64,000 bases of DNA, taken from NCBI RefSeq assembly GCF_056746865.1, contig NZ_JBWKMP010000003.1; one strand, 5' to 3'. This document shows positions 60,177-64,000 of this stretch, piece by piece (position 1 is the stretch's first letter; every line of letters begins with the position of its first letter). The notes beneath the pieces were generated by a model that ran no database searches, was not told the DNA's origin, and was given only the letters and a program-made list of their open reading frames with translations. The DNA is from a plasmid. Position numbers and translations under genes: made by a program.

Positions 60177-60536
60177 TCATACACCAACCAGGCTTTCAAG
60201 AGGAATGCCAAACTGGGAATGTAAACGACGAATCATAGGTAACGTTAAATTTCGTGTTCCATTTAGCACTTCGTAAACACGATTTGACTTACCAATCGCC
60301 GGTTCCAGATCCTTCACGGTCAGCCCTTGCTGTTCCATACGGAATTTAATGGCCTCAATAGGTGATGGTGGCTCAATTGGGTAATGTTTTTTCTCGTACT
60401 CCTCAATGAGAAGACACATGACCTCAAAGAAATCACCTTCCGGGGTGTTCATTTCCGGTTCGTTATCGAACATCGGTTCGACCGCACGCAGTGCGGCCTC
60501 ATAATCTTGTTCTGTACGGATAGGTTTAATGTTCAT
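60177..60536 (-). CDS. Orphan YgjM-type HigA antitoxin-like HTH protein
   Basis: MNIKPIRTEQDYEAALRAVEPMF...MEQQGLTVKDLEPAIGKSNRVYEVLNGTRNLTLPMIRRLHSQFGIP parallels E. coli HigA (YgjM) architecture. No YgjN-type toxin gene is adjacent. Confidence 0.7.
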   Translation of the reverse strand: MNIKPIRTEQDYEAALRAVEPMFDNEPEMNTPEGDFFEVMCLLIEEYEKKHYPIEPPSPIEAIKFRMEQQGLTVKDLEPAIGKSNRVYEVLNGTRNLTLPMIRRLHSQFGIPLESLVGV

Positions 60537-60592
60537 TAATTCCAAAGGAAAGCCCACTTGTTAAGTGGGCTTTTTGTATGTGTTTAACTATA

Positions 60593-60931
60593 TCAGGCTG
60601 CTTTTTTATTCAGGTTCCGCTGAGAAATAAATTTTTCAGCAGTATTGATACGACTTAACTCTTCCTGAACGCGCATATCATTTTCGACTTCCCACAGGTC
60701 TACTGCGGTCTGAAGATTAATCCAAAAATCTACAGAAGTATCGAATGCTTTTGCCAGGCGATATGCCATATCCATCGTTAGCTTACGATTGTTATTAACA
60801 AGAGCACTTACGGTGTTACGATGAACATGAAGTATTTCTGCTAACTCGTTGATCTTAAGCTCTAACGGCTCCAGGTATTCGTACAGCAGGATATCACCTA
60901 CAGTCGTCGGTTTTCTGGTTGCCTGTTTCAT
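60593..60931 (-). CDS. higA: HigA (VapI-type) antitoxin
   Basis: ..TVGDILLYEYLEPLELKINELAEILHVHRNTVSALVNNNRKLTMDMAYRLAKAFDTSVDFWINLQ.. is the classic HigA/VapI XRE pattern. Confidence 0.9.
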   Translation of the reverse strand: MKQATRKPTTVGDILLYEYLEPLELKINELAEILHVHRNTVSALVNNNRKLTMDMAYRLAKAFDTSVDFWINLQTAVDLWEVENDMRVQEELSRINTAEKFISQRNLNKKAA

Positions 60932-61002
60932 TTTTTGCCCTTACTAGCGTGCGTATTAAGTGGACTCTGGTCAGTACCTGGCCCATCCGCCGGGTATTTG
61001 TT

Positions 61003-61305
61003 TTAGTATTTGTGAGGGTCGAGATACAAGTCCTCGGCCTTTCCGTTAACCCACTTAAAAATTAACCTGTATTGCTTATTCACCCTTATTGATGAATAGC
61101 CGTTTAGCTTCCCTGACAATTCCTCATACCGATTACCTGGTGGTGATCTCAAGTCCTTCCAAGTAGTTGCAGCATTGATAATATCCAGCTTCCGCAACAA
61201 TGTAATCTGAATATCAGAAGGTATCTTTTTGTGTGGTATTGAAAATTCAAAAAAATCATCAAGCCACTCATCCCTGAAATTCTTTATGTTAATCTTTTTG
61301 CTCAT
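61003..61305 (-). CDS. higB: HigB toxin (plasmid maintenance system killer family)
   Basis: 100 aa. ..DLRSPPGNRYEELSGKLNGYSSIRVNKQYRLIFKWVNGKAEDLYLDPHKY is the HigB_toxin pattern. Confidence 0.9.
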   Translation of the reverse strand: MSKKINIKNFRDEWLDDFFEFSIPHKKIPSDIQITLLRKLDIINAATTWKDLRSPPGNRYEELSGKLNGYSSIRVNKQYRLIFKWVNGKAEDLYLDPHKY

Positions 61306-61468
61306 CGATCATTTTATCCTCCATGATTATTAATGAATGTCATAATGATAGCGCACTGTTGCACCGTGCGCAAGTGCATATTGTAACAATTCCCCTCCTC
61401 CATCCAAAATCACAATCTCCCGAAAATCTTCCTTTCGATACCTGATAAATCGACCTTTGAGGACGCTT

Positions 61469-62263
61469 ATGGGCCGTTTTGATGAATGGCTTGCTGATGA
61501 TGCAAGCCTGATGAGAAAGGGAACAGAACATGACAGCACGCAGAGAGAAGAGACAACGACGGTTGAAGCGAATGAAGGAAGCACAACGGAAAATGGGAAG
61601 GTCAGTACAGGGCCATTCAGTATTCTGGAAGAACACGCTGCCACCGAAGCAGATAGCCGCCATGATAATTGGCCTGATAATGCTGGTGACTCTGTTACGG
61701 AAGTGATTGAACCTGACATCGCCCCCCTACCGGCATCGCTCGCTAACAGAGAACCAAACCAGCAGCTTAAAACCCGATATAACGGACACAAAGCGTTCAA
61801 CGACCAGATCCGCGCCGATTGGATGCTCATTATTGAATCAAGCCCTGACGCATTCGAGGCGCTTTTATATCGCCCGGCTGATGGCACCTATGGCGTCGTA
61901 AACGATGAAACAGGTGAAGAGTCATTCACGCAACTGGACAACAACCAGCGTGAGCTTACCTATCTGGAACCGGAAATCGTATACGTCCTGGACAACCCGG
62001 ACGGAAGGGATTCGTTTCATGCCATTGATGCCGATGGAGAACAGGATGGTCTTGCTGATGAAGTGCTAATCCTGCGTATTGCTGCAAACAACGTACCTGT
62101 TGGTTCAATCCTGGAATGGAACGAAGAAATGGCGAATGGCCTCGCCCGCCGCTGGTGGTACGTGCACCGAATCTTCAGCTACGGAACACAACACGTCGGC
62201 TCCCTTTATTACTGCATCCCGGCCAGGAACTTTGATACCACTCAAAACGGAGTGATCGAATGA
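61469..62263 (+). CDS. Hypothetical protein (probable virion/tail module)
   Basis: ATG at 61469 with SD GAGGA. Acidic N-terminal half. ATGA overlap with the next gene. Confidence 0.65.
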   Translation: MGRFDEWLADDASLMRKGTEHDSTQREETTTVEANEGSTTENGKVSTGPFSILEEHAATEADSRHDNWPDNAGDSVTEVIEPDIAPLPASLANREPNQQLKTRYNGHKAFNDQIRADWMLIIESSPDAFEALLYRPADGTYGVVNDETGEESFTQLDNNQRELTYLEPEIVYVLDNPDGRDSFHAIDADGEQDGLADEVLILRIAANNVPVGSILEWNEEMANGLARRWWYVHRIFSYGTQHVGSLYYCIPARNFDTTQNGVIE

Positions 62264-63027
62264 CATCCAACAAAACTCTCCTGTCCCGCATTGGCGAGTG
62301 GCAGACAACGCGTACTGGAAAATTCCAGACAACTGGTCTGGAAAGAGTGGATAACGCTTTTGCTACGCTAATCAGTGACATTTTTTCTGACGTAACGCTG
62401 GTGGAACCAGCAAAAGAAGAAAGGCGCTTTGCATCATTCCTGAGTCGCCCACCAGCGGAGCGTGTTTATGTTGCCCGTTTTGATAACGCGGTCGAGTTCC
62501 TTAAAGCGGTTCGCCGTGCTAATGCCGGGCAAGGGAGAAAGCCAGAGAATCCGAACATTAATCGCGATGCGCTCCCTCTGATTAATATCTCGCGCTCAAT
62601 GGATATCAGCTATATCAACAATGACCAGCAGATAGACCGCAAAAGCTGTGATCACTTCTGCGAACCTGGCAGCGGTATGCCTTTAGTAGCCCTGGAATAC
62701 ACCCAGGCAAATCTGACGTATGACGTTACATTAATGGCGACGGATAAGGCGACCATGAGTCTGATGTGTAATTCGCTAGGAGCACGTCTTCGCTTGATGG
62801 CAGGAACGCAGTTTGAAGCAACAACCCCGCTGGTACGAGTACCCGTCCCGCTAATTTGCGCGATTCAGGATGCTAAAGACATCAGTTTTACTGATGTTTC
62901 AGCCCCAATTGGGGAAGAGCGTATTTATGCTGCACAAACGGCAATTAGTGTTATAGCAGACGTGATCACCGCCTGGGAGCTGGACGCGAAACGAATTATT
63001 ACTGAAACCTCTCTGAGAATGGGGTAA
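62260..63027 (+). CDS. Hypothetical protein (probable virion/tail module)
   Basis: 255 aa, coupled to both flanking genes. Confidence 0.7.
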   Translation: MTSNKTLLSRIGEWQTTRTGKFQTTGLERVDNAFATLISDIFSDVTLVEPAKEERRFASFLSRPPAERVYVARFDNAVEFLKAVRRANAGQGRKPENPNINRDALPLINISRSMDISYINNDQQIDRKSCDHFCEPGSGMPLVALEYTQANLTYDVTLMATDKATMSLMCNSLGARLRLMAGTQFEATTPLVRVPVPLICAIQDAKDISFTDVSAPIGEERIYAAQTAISVIADVITAWELDAKRIITETSLRMG

Positions 63028-63030
63028 GCC

Positions 63031-64000
63031 ATGTCCCAGGAGCTACAGCAATACTTTCTACAGTCCGTTACCATCAACGGAAACAAAGTACCCAGGGAGT
63101 GGATATTCACTGCCGTATATGTGGAAAAGGCAAACCTGCGTGCACCATTGCTGAAACTGGAAATTCACGACATTACCGGCACCATAATTGATGACTGGAA
63201 AACAAAATACGGCGCAGCACTGGTTGCAGAGATGGGAGATCCACAAGGCAATTCAGGCACGTTTAAAACAACTTTTTTCGTAACATCTGCGGTGCTGGCT
63301 GGTGATGTCATCACGGTCATTGCAGTCAGTGAAGACGTTCGGATATTTAAGATCCCCGCCATACGGGCTAACCTGCATACAAATAAAACGCCTGATACCA
63401 TTTTCAAGACGTATACCGGTACACTGAAAATCGCCTCCAGCGCATTGAAACGAAGCTGTACGTACCATCTTTCCGCCGGGGAAAAACCCTCCAAAATGCT
63501 ATCTGAAATGGCCCGCGATAAAGGCGCTTTATGCTGGGCCTGCCGTGGTCAGTTTAACTTTTATACATTAGCTGACCTTATGAAAGCCAAACCATCATTC
63601 ACCTATGAAGGGAACAACCCCAGGGCGGAATACACGATTTCAAAAATGAGGCTTATACAGCAAGAGTATGCCGTTACGGCAAATACTCAGTATCGATTTA
63701 CCGGCTATTCAATGACTGAAGGCTATGTCGAATATGGCGATAGCTCACTTCCAATACGCTATATATCCGATCCGGATATGGAAACTCTGCGCAATATGCA
63801 ATTGTCGCTCGTACCCAAAATGGATATTGAGGTCGCGGGTAATCCCGACATCACGCCGGGAATGGTTATTGAGATCCTCGTGTATCGTTACGACCAGGAA
63901 AATAAGCTGGACGAATCGTTGCCTCGTAAGCTGTTGGTGAAAAACGTAGCCCATTTTGAGGACCGGATCGGCTATACAACACGAATGATATTAGGAGTAC
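63031..64000 (+). CDS. Hypothetical structural-type protein, N-terminal part (ORF runs off the right edge; absent from the ORF track)
   Basis: I translated 63031-64000 by hand and found 323 codons with no stop (MSQELQQYFLQSVTINGNKVPREW...RMILGV). It starts 3 nt after the previous stop. Confidence 0.7.
   Translation, partial: MSQELQQYFLQSVTINGNKVPREWIFTAVYVEKANLRAPLLKLEIHDITGTIIDDWKTKYGAALVAEMGDPQGNSGTFKTTFFVTSAVLAGDVITVIAVSEDVRIFKIPAIRANLHTNKTPDTIFKTYTGTLKIASSALKRSCTYHLSAGEKPSKMLSEMARDKGALCWACRGQFNFYTLADLMKAKPSFTYEGNNPRAEYTISKMRLIQQEYAVTANTQYRFTGYSMTEGYVEYGDSSLPIRYISDPDMETLRNMQLSLVPKMDIEVAGNPDITPGMVIEILVYRYDQENKLDESLPRKLLVKNVAHFEDRIGYTTRMILGV

Noticed and set aside
61330-61887. 185-aa minus-strand ORF downstream of higB
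   Set aside because: It overlaps the + strand gene 61469-62263, which has an SD and is translationally coupled to the following genes.
1-64000. CRISPR arrays, IS elements/transposases, integrase-attachment sites, retron/DGR reverse transcriptases
   Set aside because: I found no regularly spaced direct repeats, no DDE or transposase-like ORFs, and no RT motifs (YxDD). The only recombinase is the Dre-type enzyme.

Overview
This window is a 64-kb stretch of a P1-family temperate phage-plasmid of the D6 type. The best anchor is a Cre-like recombinase (33205-34233) that matches my recollection of Dre from phage D6. It sits next to a perfect 32-bp rox-type site (33021-33052). Many other P1-like genes are recognisable. 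They include the tail fibre and its chaperone, the lydA-lydB-hdf-darA operon, and a 2283-aa DarB-type methyltransferase-helicase. Also present are portal and protease candidates, pacA/pacB terminase with a GATC-hexamer pac-like cluster, and a positional c1 candidate. The list continues with ref, phd-doc, humD with a LexA box, hot, dut, and a long leftward block of small Ea22/DUF551-type genes. Accessory cargo includes hicAB, higBA plus an orphan YgjM-type HigA, a VRR-NUC nuclease, a lambda-type phosphatase and five DUF2829 (Tad2-like) domains. Three non-coding layers stand out. First, a dispersed 14-bp operator motif (TGTTAGAAAATTAA, 18 half-sites) sits in front of the genes that C1 controls in P1. 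Second, there are two complete C4-type antisense-RNA immunity modules (a1 b1 - c4 - a2 b2 - icd - ant) with non-cross-matching recognition sequences. Third, a 2.7-kb ORF-poor RNA island (24.7-27.4 kb) holds four tRNAs, an aberrant tRNA-like element, and four copies of a structured element I cannot assign to any known family. That element is tRNA-shaped and its helices covary between copies. I consider it the best candidate for something undescribed. I saw no CRISPR array, IS element, transposase or invertible tail-fibre segment. All protein assignments rest on motifs, remembered sequences and P1 synteny, because no database search was possible.
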